From contig OY843592.1 of assembly GCA_963692865.2 (NCBI GenBank), positions 960,001-1,024,000 on the forward strand: a stretch of DNA of 64,000 nt, written 5' to 3'. The notes below the pieces were generated by a model. It was not told the origin of the DNA. It was given only the letters and a program-made list of their open reading frames with translations, and did not search any database. Shown here piece after piece: positions 9,309-18,665 of the stretch. Numbering within the stretch: position 1 is the first letter of the stretch; the number at the start of each line of letters is the position of its first letter. Source of the stretch: a bacterium (GTDB lineage: Bacteria > UBA8248). The translations under genes and the position numbers were made by a program.

Positions 9309-10892
9309 CTAATTCACCCGCCGCGCTCTTCCCTCCCAGTGTTTTTCGCGAATCTCGCGCCTTAAGACTTTCCCTTGCGCGTTTTTGGGTATTTCGCTCA
9401 GAAACTCGACTTGTTTCGGCTTCTTGTAGCCCGCGATTTCATTTTCGGTGAACGCAATGATGTCCGACGCCCCGGGCGACTCCCCGGGACGCAGCACGAC
9501 CATCGCCTTGACGGCCTCGCCCCACCGCTCGTCGGGCACGCCTATCACCAGGGCTTCGAGCACGGCGGGGTGGCGGCACAGGGCGCGCTCCACTTCAGAG
9601 GGATATACGTTGAACCCGCCCGTGATGATCATTTCCTTCTTGCGGTCGACGATGTAGAGATACCCCGTATCGTCCGCCACCGCGAGGTCTCCGGTGTGCA
9701 CCCAGCCGTTTCGCATGGTCTCCATCGTGGCTTCGGGGTTTTTCCAGTAGCTCGCCATGGCGTAGTCTCCCCGTACGCAGATTTCTCCCATCTCGCCGGT
9801 GGCGACGGGGCGGTCGTCATCGTCCAGGAGTTCGAGTTCCACGCCCGCCGCGACCCTTCCGCACGAGGCGAGGCGCGCACGCTCCCCGGGCGTTCCGTCC
9901 ACTATGTGATCCCACGGGTCGAGTATCGCGATGGGCTGGCGCGCTTCCGTCAGTCCGTATGTTTGCCGGAAGATGGGGCCGAGGTGCCTGATGGCGAGCC
10001 TCAGGTTTTCCTCCGATATGGGGGCCGCCCCGTAGGTGATCGTATGCAGGCTCGAGAGATCGGCGCTCGGGAGTTTTTCGCTCTCGATGAGCCGCTGCAC
10101 CATCGTGGAGACGAGGTATGTGGTCGTGGCCCGCTCTTTTTCCGCCGTTTCGATAAACAACTCCGGTTCGAAGGCGGGCATGATGACGTTCCGCGCGCCT
10201 CTCAGAAACGTGGGTTCGATGAAATTGAAAGAGGCGTGCGTCATGGGGCCCGCGTGGAGCATGGAATCTTGCGCGCCCATCCGGTAGTCGAGGTTTCTGA
10301 AAAACTTCGCCAGCCACGCGGCGTGCGTGCGATGCGTGTTGACGACCGCCTTGGGCTCTCCGGTCGTGCCCGAAGTGTAGTGAAGGTGGAAGAGGGAATC
10401 CGGCCCGAGGACGACGCCGGGCTCCCGGCCCGAGCTTTTTTGCAGCCACTCCTCATAAGCGATTACGCCTGCGCCCTCCCACCCCACGGCGATGATGGCG
10501 CGCAGACCCGGGCATTCGCTTTTGATGCCTTCGGCATATTCCTTGTGGAACTCGTCCAGGAGGAGGAACGCGGATTCGGAGTCGTTCAGCATGTGGACGT
10601 GTTCTTTGAGGACGTTGCGCCCGTGGAGATTCATGGATGCCCCGCCCGCCATCGCGACGCCGAAGTTGATCTCGACGATCTCGGCGCGGTTTCGCATGAG
10701 CTTGGCGACGCGGTCGCCGGGTTCGAGGCCGCCTGCGATGAGCGCGTTCGCCGCCCGCTTGCTGCGCTCGTATACGTCGGTGAAGCGCACGCGGCGTTCG
10801 CCGTCCACCACGGCCTCGCGCGGGCCGTATCGCTTCGCCGCCCAGGCGACGTTCGCGCCCGGGTGAATGGTTTCTTCGCTCTCTCGGTTCAT
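9309..10892 (-). CDS. Acyl-CoA synthetase (AMP-binding)
   Basis: YTSGTTGEPK, TYGLTE, HTGDLA, DRKKEMIITGG, PKNAQGK. Confidence 0.92.
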   Translation of the reverse strand: MNRESEETIHPGANVAWAAKRYGPREAVVDGERRVRFTDVYERSKRAANALIAGGLEPGDRVAKLMRNRAEIVEINFGVAMAGGASMNLHGRNVLKEHVHMLNDSESAFLLLDEFHKEYAEGIKSECPGLRAIIAVGWEGAGVIAYEEWLQKSSGREPGVVLGPDSLFHLHYTSGTTGEPKAVVNTHRTHAAWLAKFFRNLDYRMGAQDSMLHAGPMTHASFNFIEPTFLRGARNVIMPAFEPELFIETAEKERATTTYLVSTMVQRLIESEKLPSADLSSLHTITYGAAPISEENLRLAIRHLGPIFRQTYGLTEARQPIAILDPWDHIVDGTPGERARLASCGRVAAGVELELLDDDDRPVATGEMGEICVRGDYAMASYWKNPEATMETMRNGWVHTGDLAVADDTGYLYIVDRKKEMIITGGFNVYPSEVERALCRHPAVLEALVIGVPDERWGEAVKAMVVLRPGESPGASDIIAFTENEIAGYKKPKQVEFLSEIPKNAQGKVLRREIREKHWEGRARRVN

Positions 10893-10927
10893 GGGTAGGG
10901 AATTATAGAACCCCCGGTGGTGAAATT

Positions 10928-12325
10928 CTATACGGGGGCCGGGTTTGTCGATGCGGCGAGTCGGGTGAGGATGGGCCGGACGTCCGCGCAGTCCTCGAGC
11001 GAGGAGAGTTCCCCGAAAGCGCGCTCTACGTCTTCGGGATCGAGTTTCACCGCGGCGGCCTCGGCGCAGGAGAAGAATTTCTCCTTACGCTCCTGTTCGG
11101 TCATGGCCCAATCGGGAGAACCCTTTATCCTGTCGTGCGTGACGGCGGTTTCCCTGCCGTCCCTGAGCCTGACGCGGATGCGCACGGGCGCGAGCAGCAG
11201 ACTCCCCTCCTCCCAGATATGGACCCTGGTCCTCTGTGCGAGTTCGATTACCTCCGCACCCGAGACGATTGCAGCCGGGTCGAAGTGCGCGATGCGCGGC
11301 GCGCCGTTCAAGAGGGAGAACGCCGTCGTCCACTGCGCGCTGAATTGCGCGTCCACCTGGGGATTTTCCCTGATTTGGAACGGCTGCCCGATCATCGAGT
11401 GGCCGATGGGCGTGGCCCATACCTCGACTTCTTCCACGTCTTTCGCGCGGAAGGCCCCCAGCCGCTCGCGCGCCTCCAGAGCCGCGCTGATGTGGGGATG
11501 GGACACCCGGCAACTCGGGTAGGGTTTCACCCCGATTCGGGTGACGTGGAAGGTTTCGCCCAGCTCTCTCGTGAGCGCGTCGGGGTCGCCCTCGCCGCCG
11601 CCGAAGAGTTCGATAACGCCGTCCGCCCCCTCGACGATGCGCCTGGGGCCCGTGGCGCCGGTTTGCGCCAATACGGCCGAATGCACCCCCGCCCGCGCGC
11701 TGAAGGCGGGCTGGAGCCGCTTGGCGACCGTGCCGTCGAGCAGCGCCTGGCGGTTGCCGTGCGATTGCGCGTAGCCGAAGCCCGCCGCATTGGCGACGCC
11801 GTCCTCGTCGAGCCCCAGAATCCTCGCGGCGGCCATGGAGGCCGAGACGGCGCCGAACACCGTGGTGGGCAGCCAGCCCGGATGAATGCTCTGATGCACG
11901 ACGGCGTTCAGCCTTAGAGTCACGTCCGCAGCCCCCGCCAGAGCGGCGATGACTTCACGGCCCGGCATCGCTCGCCCGAGGCTCTCGCCCGCGGCGAGGA
12001 GGGCGGGGAGAATGGTGACGAAGATGTGGTTCTGGGTGACGTCTTCGGTATCGTCGAAATCGTTCGAGTGAATCATGGCGGCGTTCAGCCAGGCCGCCGT
12101 CGGCGCGGGCAGGCGTCCCCCGAAGACGAGTACCGTAGCCTCGGGCGCGCCGCCCCAGCGGATGTGGCGCTCGATAATCTCGGGGTTCAAGGGCGCCGCC
12201 GAGCCGGCCAGAGCGCAAGCGAGCGCATCTGCGATGAGGCTTCTGGTGGCGCGGACGGCCTCGTCGGGAATATCCTCGAAGCGAAGGTTCGCGTAGTGCG
12301 CAATGACTTTCTGCATGGGGTCCAT
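10928..12325 (-). CDS. MmgE/PrpD family protein
   Basis: HSNDFDDT, KPYPSCRVSH, AQFS, IKGSP. Confidence 0.88.
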   Translation of the reverse strand: MDPMQKVIAHYANLRFEDIPDEAVRATRSLIADALACALAGSAAPLNPEIIERHIRWGGAPEATVLVFGGRLPAPTAAWLNAAMIHSNDFDDTEDVTQNHIFVTILPALLAAGESLGRAMPGREVIAALAGAADVTLRLNAVVHQSIHPGWLPTTVFGAVSASMAAARILGLDEDGVANAAGFGYAQSHGNRQALLDGTVAKRLQPAFSARAGVHSAVLAQTGATGPRRIVEGADGVIELFGGGEGDPDALTRELGETFHVTRIGVKPYPSCRVSHPHISAALEARERLGAFRAKDVEEVEVWATPIGHSMIGQPFQIRENPQVDAQFSAQWTTAFSLLNGAPRIAHFDPAAIVSGAEVIELAQRTRVHIWEEGSLLLAPVRIRVRLRDGRETAVTHDRIKGSPDWAMTEQERKEKFFSCAEAAAVKLDPEDVERAFGELSSLEDCADVRPILTRLAASTNPAPV

Positions 12326-12369
12326 CTTCGTCTCCGCCTCCCTCGCGCCCTGGGGCAATAGTCGCGCCT

Positions 12370-12723
12370 TTACTCGCGCCCCGGCTGGAAGATGGCCACC
12401 AGCCGCACGTCTTCCTCACCCACGCAGTTGTTGCAGTGGCGCGTGCCCTTGGGCATGAAGATGAATTGTCCGGGGCCGTAGTTGATCTCGCCGTCATCGA
12501 GGTCGTATCTTCCCGTGCCGCTCACGCAGAATATGACCTCATCCTCCTCGTGATGGTGCCAGTCGTGCGTCTGGCCCGGCTGTATGAGCGAGTAGTAGAC
12601 GGTGAGGTCGGTTCCCTCGCCCTCTTTCGATACGATGGCCTTGTGGCTCGCGCCGCCCGCCATGCCTTCGGAATCACGTTCATCGGGCCGGATGAGCCGG
12701 GCTTTTCTTTCTCTGGTCGTCAT
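12370..12723 (-). CDS. Cupin domain protein
   Basis: WHHHEEDEVIFCVSGTG and MPKGTRH cupin metal motifs; GAGGAG RBS before ATG 12723. Confidence 0.85.
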   Translation of the reverse strand: MTTRERKARLIRPDERDSEGMAGGASHKAIVSKEGEGTDLTVYYSLIQPGQTHDWHHHEEDEVIFCVSGTGRYDLDDGEINYGPGQFIFMPKGTRHCNNCVGEEDVRLVAIFQPGRE

Positions 12724-12994
12724 GTGCGCTTCTCCTCGGGATTTTTGGTGATGGTCATATTCGGTGCGCGCGCATAACGCGCCTCTCGAATCGGGATGAG
12801 AGTTCGCCGATATGCGAAGAATAATCCGCTTGGCCGAAATTTCAAAGCGCGCTCGGCGAATCGCGTTACGCCCTTTTCCGAGACGCGACCCCATCTCTTG
12901 AGGCGGCGCGCGGTGGGTGCTAATCTTCAAGGGCCGTGGGTGTTGCGAACATGGTCGTCCGCCGGGTTTCGCGTCGATGTCGAGGATGATTTTT

Positions 12995-13438
12995 ATGAGA
13001 ATGCGCTTCGGGCGAACCTGTGTTCTTGCGCTGCTGGCGATGTTGCTCCTGGGCGCAGGGAGCGTTTTCGCGGCGTCGGCGGATACGGATGGCCCCATCG
13101 AGAAAAGGCCGGAGGGTTTCGATACGCCCGAACTCAGTCGCTCGCGTTTTCTCGGCTGGGTCCGGCGCGATCTCAGCAGACGCATCCCCGGAGAAGAGAC
13201 CCTGATCAAGCAATATCTCGATGAGTGGGACTTCCAGTTCGAAACGCTCACCATCAATAAACGTATCTTCGCGATCAACATCGACGTGGACAACAAGTAT
13301 CCATACGACATCACGCTGCTCGACGTGGATTGCGACGGAATCTACGAGACCAAGGTGGAGGAGAAACCGGGGCAGCAACGGGTGGACATGCCGATTCCCG
13401 AATGCGTTTTCCGGGTCTCGACGGAACCAGCGCGCTGA
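12995..13438 (+). CDS. Hypothetical exported protein
   Basis: Signal-peptide-like N-terminus (...LALLAMLLLGAGSVFAA); DVDCDGIYE loop; co-oriented with the downstream genes. Confidence 0.65.
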   Translation: MRMRFGRTCVLALLAMLLLGAGSVFAASADTDGPIEKRPEGFDTPELSRSRFLGWVRRDLSRRIPGEETLIKQYLDEWDFQFETLTINKRIFAINIDVDNKYPYDITLLDVDCDGIYETKVEEKPGQQRVDMPIPECVFRVSTEPAR

Positions 13439-13490
13439 GGAGGCCCTATCGGCTTCTTGAACGCGGGCGAAACGATCAGGAACCGAATTC

Positions 13491-14291
13491 ATGCGGCACA
13501 AGCGGCTTGAAAGATCATACGGATGTCTTCTCGTCGCCGTCTTCCTGGGCGCGCAAATGTGCCTTCCGGCGGCGCTGGCGGCGCCTGGCGGGCTTCGCCG
13601 CGTCGAGGTGAAGGACATCCTTGTCGATCAGCAAAACGACAATCCCGTCCTGCTGCTGGAGGAGAAAAAGGGCGGCAAGCTGCTGCCCATCTGGATCGGC
13701 CCGGCGGAGGCGCGGGCGATTCTCATGGAACTCGAAGAAACCGCCTCGCACCGGCCGATGACGCACGACTTGATGCGCAACATTCTGAAGACCCTCCAGG
13801 CGGAAGTTCTCCGGGTGGTCATCACGGAGGTCAAGGGAGGCACGTTTTTCGCCTTGATCGACTTGGAGGAGGAGGGCAGGCGTTTTTCCCTCGACAGCCG
13901 CCCTTCGGACGCGGTCGCACTGGCTTTGCGGATGAAATCTCCGATATATGTGAAGCCCGTCGTGATGAAGCGCGGTTTCCGGATGCCGCGCGAACATACG
14001 CACCCCGAGAAGCTGGGTTTCGTGCTCCAGAAGCTCACGCCCCCGCTGGCGCGCTTTTTCGGGGGCGGGGAGGCGAGCGGGCTTTTGGTGTCCGAGGTGA
14101 AGGAGGGCGCTCCTGCGGCGCGCGCCGGCCTTCGCCGGGGAGACGTCATTTTCGAGGCGAGGGGAAGAAAAGTCGAGACGGTGGATTTTTTCGAGAAGGT
14201 CTTTATCGAGAATCCGCTGAAGATAGAGATTTCCATACGCAGGGGTCCGGGCTGGAAAAAACGGCGCCTCAAGCTGGGAGTGGAGAGATAG
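13491..14291 (+). CDS. Bifunctional nuclease (DUF151/BFN) domain plus C-terminal PDZ domain, with N-terminal hydrophobic leader
   Basis: LPIWIGPAEARAI, RPMTHDL, LDSRPSDAVALALR; PDZ segment GLLVSEVKEGAPAARAGLRRGDVI. Confidence 0.85.
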   Translation: MRHKRLERSYGCLLVAVFLGAQMCLPAALAAPGGLRRVEVKDILVDQQNDNPVLLLEEKKGGKLLPIWIGPAEARAILMELEETASHRPMTHDLMRNILKTLQAEVLRVVITEVKGGTFFALIDLEEEGRRFSLDSRPSDAVALALRMKSPIYVKPVVMKRGFRMPREHTHPEKLGFVLQKLTPPLARFFGGGEASGLLVSEVKEGAPAARAGLRRGDVIFEARGRKVETVDFFEKVFIENPLKIEISIRRGPGWKKRRLKLGVER

Positions 14292-14295
14292 GGCG

Positions 14296-14877
14296 ATGGC
14301 TGAATACTCACCTGGTGCGAAAGACGGCCTCATCGTCGTCGATCTGCAAGTGGATTTTTGTCCGGGCGGAGCGCTCGCCGTCTCCGAGGGGGACGAGATC
14401 GTCCCGCCGGTGAACCGGCTTCTGGATATCCCGGGCTGGATGAAGGTGGCGACGCGCGACTGGCATCCCCCGGATCACGTCTCGTTTCAGGCGCAGGGCG
14501 GAATCTGGCCCGTTCACTGCGTGGCCGATACGCCTGGCGCGGCCTTTCATCCGCGCCTGAACGCCGGCGTCGTTGAGATGGTGGTATCGAAGGCCACGAC
14601 CCCCGCCGCCGAGGCGTATTCGGGTTTCGACGGCACCACGCTGGCCGATGACCTGAGAGCAGCAGGGATAGGGCGTCTTTTCGTTTGCGGTCTGGCGACG
14701 GATTATTGCGTGAAGGCCACTGCGCTGGACGCGAGGCGCGAGAGGTTCGAGGTAGTCGTTGTGGAAGACGCCGTCCGCGCGGTGAACGTTGCCCCCGAAG
14801 ACGGTGAAAAGGCGGTCAAGGAAATGAAAGCGGCGGGCTGCGCCTTCACTCTCTCGTCGGAGGTTCGTCCGGCGTAA
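14296..14877 (+). CDS. pncA: Nicotinamidase/pyrazinamidase
   Basis: VDLQVDFCPGGAL, DWHPPDHVSF, WPVHCV, GLATDYCV. Confidence 0.9.
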   Translation: MAEYSPGAKDGLIVVDLQVDFCPGGALAVSEGDEIVPPVNRLLDIPGWMKVATRDWHPPDHVSFQAQGGIWPVHCVADTPGAAFHPRLNAGVVEMVVSKATTPAAEAYSGFDGTTLADDLRAAGIGRLFVCGLATDYCVKATALDARRERFEVVVVEDAVRAVNVAPEDGEKAVKEMKAAGCAFTLSSEVRPA

Positions 14878-14897
14878 AGTGTTTCGAGGAGATACTC

Positions 14898-15854
14898 GTG
14901 GCTTTGGTGCGCGTGCAGGTTCCGGCGAGTACGACGAATCTTGGCCCGGGGTTCGACGCCTTGGGCGTCGCGCTCCGGATCTATAACCGCATAGAACTCG
15001 ACAGCCTCCCCTGGGGCGTGGCGCTTGAAGTCGAAGGAGAGGGCCGCGACGTCATCCCCAAAGATGAATCGAACGTCTGCGTGGAGGCCGTGAAGCGCGT
15101 ATTCGATCGGGTGGGCCGGCCCTTCAGCGGTTTGTGGATGAAGCAGCGCAACCACATACCGCTGGCGCGGGGATTGGGGAGCAGTTCGGCCGCCATCGTG
15201 GGCGGCATCGTGGGGGCGAACATCCTGCTCGGCAGTCCGTTGGGCATGGATGAACTCGTGCAAATCGCGGTGGAGATGGAAGGACATCCCGACAACGTCG
15301 TGCCCGCGCTGATAGGGGGTTTCTGCGTCTCGGCGACCACCACGGACGGAAAGACCATCTACACGCGCATGCCCGTGGTGGAGGACTACCGCTGGGTCAT
15401 CGTGATCCCCGACTTCGAGGTGAGCACACATGCCGCGAGGCAAAAGCTGCCCGGAGAGGTTTCGCTGGGCGATGCGATCTTCAACGTCCAGAGGGTGGGG
15501 GCGCTCATGGCGGCGTTCGCCACCGGTCGCGACGAGTTGTTCCGCGACGGCATGCAGGACAGGCTGCATCAGCCCTACCGGGCGGAGTTGATGGGTCCTT
15601 TGGATGAGGTTTTTGAGGCTGCCTGCGAAGCCGGCGCGCTGGGTGCGTGCATCAGCGGCGCCGGGCCTTGCATCCTGGCGATATGCCGGAACCACCCCGG
15701 AAGGGTGGGCAACGCGATGCGCGGGGTGTATCAATCACACGGAATCGGGTGCCGAACCCACGTCCTCAGAATCGACCCGCGCGGCGCGCATGAAATCAGC
15801 GCGGGCTCCGTTTTCGGTTCGGGTGCTTTGGTGCCGGCCCGCTCCTCAGGATGA
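14898..15854 (+). CDS. thrB: Homoserine kinase
   Basis: PASTTNLGPGFD, PLARGLGSSSAA, EGHPDN, DRLHQPYR, SGAGP. Confidence 0.95.
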   Translation: MALVRVQVPASTTNLGPGFDALGVALRIYNRIELDSLPWGVALEVEGEGRDVIPKDESNVCVEAVKRVFDRVGRPFSGLWMKQRNHIPLARGLGSSSAAIVGGIVGANILLGSPLGMDELVQIAVEMEGHPDNVVPALIGGFCVSATTTDGKTIYTRMPVVEDYRWVIVIPDFEVSTHAARQKLPGEVSLGDAIFNVQRVGALMAAFATGRDELFRDGMQDRLHQPYRAELMGPLDEVFEAACEAGALGACISGAGPCILAICRNHPGRVGNAMRGVYQSHGIGCRTHVLRIDPRGAHEISAGSVFGSGALVPARSSG

Positions 15855-16198
15855 GGCGGGACAGGGGTCTTTCGACCTCCATTTTTTCCACAGGTATTTC
15901 CCCGTCATCCAGACGGCCACTGTTCCCAGCACGAGGATGGAGACGGCTTTGCCCGTTCCCACCATCCTGCGAAAATCGTCGACGTGATCCCCGAAATACC
16001 AGGCCGCCCCGAGCAGCAGCGGCACACTCGGGAGCGCCGCGGCCAGATCCATGCCGAAGAATATGCATGGACGAGATAGCCTGAAGTGATGATGGGGATG
16101 TCCTCGGGGACGGGCAGCCCCAGACCGCAGAGCACCAGGACGAGAAACACCCCGCCATAGGCGAATTCCACCAGATACTCCTGGAGAAACCCGTACAT
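15846..16198 (-). pseudogene. DedA family gene with internal deletion and frameshift
   Basis: The DedA N-terminus (CGLGLPVPEDIPIITSGYL) is joined out of frame near 16065 to a DedA C-terminal segment (FFGMDLAAALPSVPLLLGAAWYFG). The central core is absent. Confidence 0.7.
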
Positions 16199-16288
16199 CT
16201 CGATACTCCGGCTACACGGCGGGACTCTTGCTCGGGGGTGCGCCCGCGTCTTGTTTCAGAGTGAACGCAATGCCCGCGCATGCAAGGC

Positions 16289-16723
16289 TTATCTGGGGCC
16301 GACGCACTCCAGCATGTTTCCGTCCGGGTCCTGAAAGAAGATGATGAACCGGCCCGGCACGACCTCGGTAATCTCGCCCATCATCTTCACGCCCGCCGCC
16401 ACGAGGGCGTCGTGCGCTTCCTGTACGCTCTCGACGGTGAACGTCAGGTAGCGGTATCCGGTCGATGCGTCCACGATGCCGCCGCCGGCGGGAGGGTCGG
16501 AATCCGCCTGGACGACCTTGAGCTGCACCTCGCCGGCCTGGAACGCCTTGAACTCGAACCGTCCCGATGCGCAGCCGGCCTGTGAAGCCTTGTCCGCCGT
16601 AATCTCGACTTCTCGCACGATCGGAAGACCCAGCACGCCGCCGTAGAATTTCTCGGCGACGTCCAGATCCTTCACCACGATGCCGATGTCGATGGATTCT
16701 TTCGCCATTTTGATCAGAGACAT
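16289..16723 (-). CDS. VOC/glyoxalase family protein
   Basis: IGIVVKDLDVAEKFYGGVLG and FFQDPDGNMLE. Confidence 0.88.
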   Translation of the reverse strand: MSLIKMAKESIDIGIVVKDLDVAEKFYGGVLGLPIVREVEITADKASQAGCASGRFEFKAFQAGEVQLKVVQADSDPPAGGGIVDASTGYRYLTFTVESVQEAHDALVAAGVKMMGEITEVVPGRFIIFFQDPDGNMLECVGPR

Positions 16724-17004
16724 TTCATGCTCCTGTCGTTTTGAGGGACATTCCCGTGATGTCAGCGGTTGAACTGTAAAGGGTTTCGAAACGGAGGGAG
16801 AATACCATTCTCCCCGTACGGGGGAAACTCCCCGAGGGATGAGTTTCAGGCGTTCGGGTTCCGAGATACTCACCCTGTTCGAATCTTGCTAGAATCGGCG
16901 GACATCGCGCTTCAAGAGCGGAAATCCATTTTCCAGCCCCGAAAGGGGCATAAGCAGATTTGCCCGATGCGATGAGCAGGGGCGTCTTTTTGGGAGGGAG
17001 TCGA

Positions 17005-17790
17005 ATGCGTCTGGAAGGAAAAACGGCGGTCGTCACGGGCGGCGGCGGCGGAATCGGTCGGGGCATCATCCGCGCGTTCGCCCGCGAGGGCGCGCGGATT
17101 TGCGTGGTCGACGTCAACGAGGAAGTGTCTCAGCAGGGGCTCGATGATGCCGGCGAGGGGGAGCATTTCGCCCTGGCGGCGGACGTGACGAGCGAGGCGG
17201 ATGCCGAGAACGTCATCCACACGGCCATCGAACGGATGGGGCATATCGACATTCTGGTGAACTGCCACGGCAGGGCGTCCGCGCTGATGGGAAACCCCAT
17301 CGACAGGATAACGCTCGAGGAGTGGAACGCCGTCTTCAACGTGAACGCGACGGGCGTGTTCCTGATGTGCCGGGCGGTTGCTCCCCATCTTCGCGAGCGC
17401 AAGTACGGGAAGATCATCAACCTGGCCTCGCTCGCCGCAAGGCGCGCGAACGAGAACGTGCCGCACTATTGCGCGTCCAAGGCGGCTTGCATGAACTTCA
17501 CGATGAGCCTCGCCAAGGAGATGGCCCCCCACAACGTAAACGTGAACGCGATCAACCCGGGCCTGCTCTGGACGAACCTCTGGGAGAAGGGCCACGGCGT
17601 CATCATCGGAGCGGAGACGGACAGGCCCGCGAGGCGCGTGTTCGACGAGTTCGTGCAGGCGGCGGTTCCCCTGGGGCGTGAGCAGACGCCCGACGACGTG
17701 GGCCACATGGCGGTTTATCTCGCGAGCGATGAGAGCAAGAACGTCACGGGACAGGGCCTGCTCCTCGCCGGCGGGGCATGGATGGTCTAG
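17005..17790 (+). CDS. Short-chain dehydrogenase/reductase, tandem copy 1
   Basis: TGGGGGIG, YCASK, NAINPG. Confidence 0.92.
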   Translation: MRLEGKTAVVTGGGGGIGRGIIRAFAREGARICVVDVNEEVSQQGLDDAGEGEHFALAADVTSEADAENVIHTAIERMGHIDILVNCHGRASALMGNPIDRITLEEWNAVFNVNATGVFLMCRAVAPHLRERKYGKIINLASLAARRANENVPHYCASKAACMNFTMSLAKEMAPHNVNVNAINPGLLWTNLWEKGHGVIIGAETDRPARRVFDEFVQAAVPLGREQTPDDVGHMAVYLASDESKNVTGQGLLLAGGAWMV

Positions 17791-17873
17791 AGAATATCTT
17801 TTCACCTCGAAACATGCCTGGGTGGTTTTCGCCAGCTGTAACCGGGCAAGACTTGTTTTAAGGGAGAATGCGA

Positions 17874-18659
17874 ATGCGCCTGGAAGGGAAAAAAGCGGTC
17901 GTGACGGGCGGCGGCGGCGGAATCGGCCGGGCCATCGTCCGCGCTTTTTCCCGCGAGGGCGCGCAGATTTGCGTGGTCGACTTAAGCGATGAGGTAAGCC
18001 GAAGAGGACTCGGCGACGCGGGCGCAGGTGCGCATTTCGCCCTTGCGGCGGATGTGGGAAGAGAGGCGGACGCCGAGCGCATCGTGCGGACGGCCATTGA
18101 ACGGATGGGGCATATCGATATTCTGGTGAACTGCCACGGCAGGGGAGCCGCGCTCGTGGCAAATCCCATTGACCGGATAACGCTGGATGAGTGGAACGCC
18201 GTCTTCGCGGTCAACGCGGCGGGCGTGTTCCTGATGTGCCGGGCGGTCGCTCCCCACATGCGCGAACGGGGATACGGGAAGATCGTCAACCTGGCCTCGC
18301 TCGCCGCGAGACGCGCGAACGCGGACGTGCCGCATTATTCCGCGTCCAAGGCGGCGTGCATGAACTTCACCATGAGCTTCGCCAGGGAGATGGCTCCCTA
18401 CAACGTGAACGTGAACGCGATCAACCCGGGCCTTTTGTGGACGAACATCTGGGAGAAAGGCCATGGCGTCATCATCGGGACTGAGACGGACAGGCCCGCG
18501 AGACGTGTGTTCGAGGAGTACGTCGAGGCGACGGTTCCCCTGGGCCGCGAGCAGACGACGGACGACGTGGGCCACATGGCGGTCTATCTCGCGAGTGATG
18601 AGAGCCGCAACGTCACGGGACAGGGCATGATCGTCGCGGGCGGAGCCTGGATGATATAG
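17874..18659 (+). CDS. Short-chain dehydrogenase/reductase, tandem copy 2
   Basis: TGGGGGIG, YSASK; same length as copy 1 and about 82% identical by manual count. Confidence 0.92.
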   Translation: MRLEGKKAVVTGGGGGIGRAIVRAFSREGAQICVVDLSDEVSRRGLGDAGAGAHFALAADVGREADAERIVRTAIERMGHIDILVNCHGRGAALVANPIDRITLDEWNAVFAVNAAGVFLMCRAVAPHMRERGYGKIVNLASLAARRANADVPHYSASKAACMNFTMSFAREMAPYNVNVNAINPGLLWTNIWEKGHGVIIGTETDRPARRVFEEYVEATVPLGREQTTDDVGHMAVYLASDESRNVTGQGMIVAGGAWMI

Positions 18660-18665
18660 CGGAGG

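Noticed and set aside
12724-13314. 314-aa extended cupin ORF
   Set aside because: The extension is antisense to the exported-protein gene; RBS and domain start support ATG 12723.
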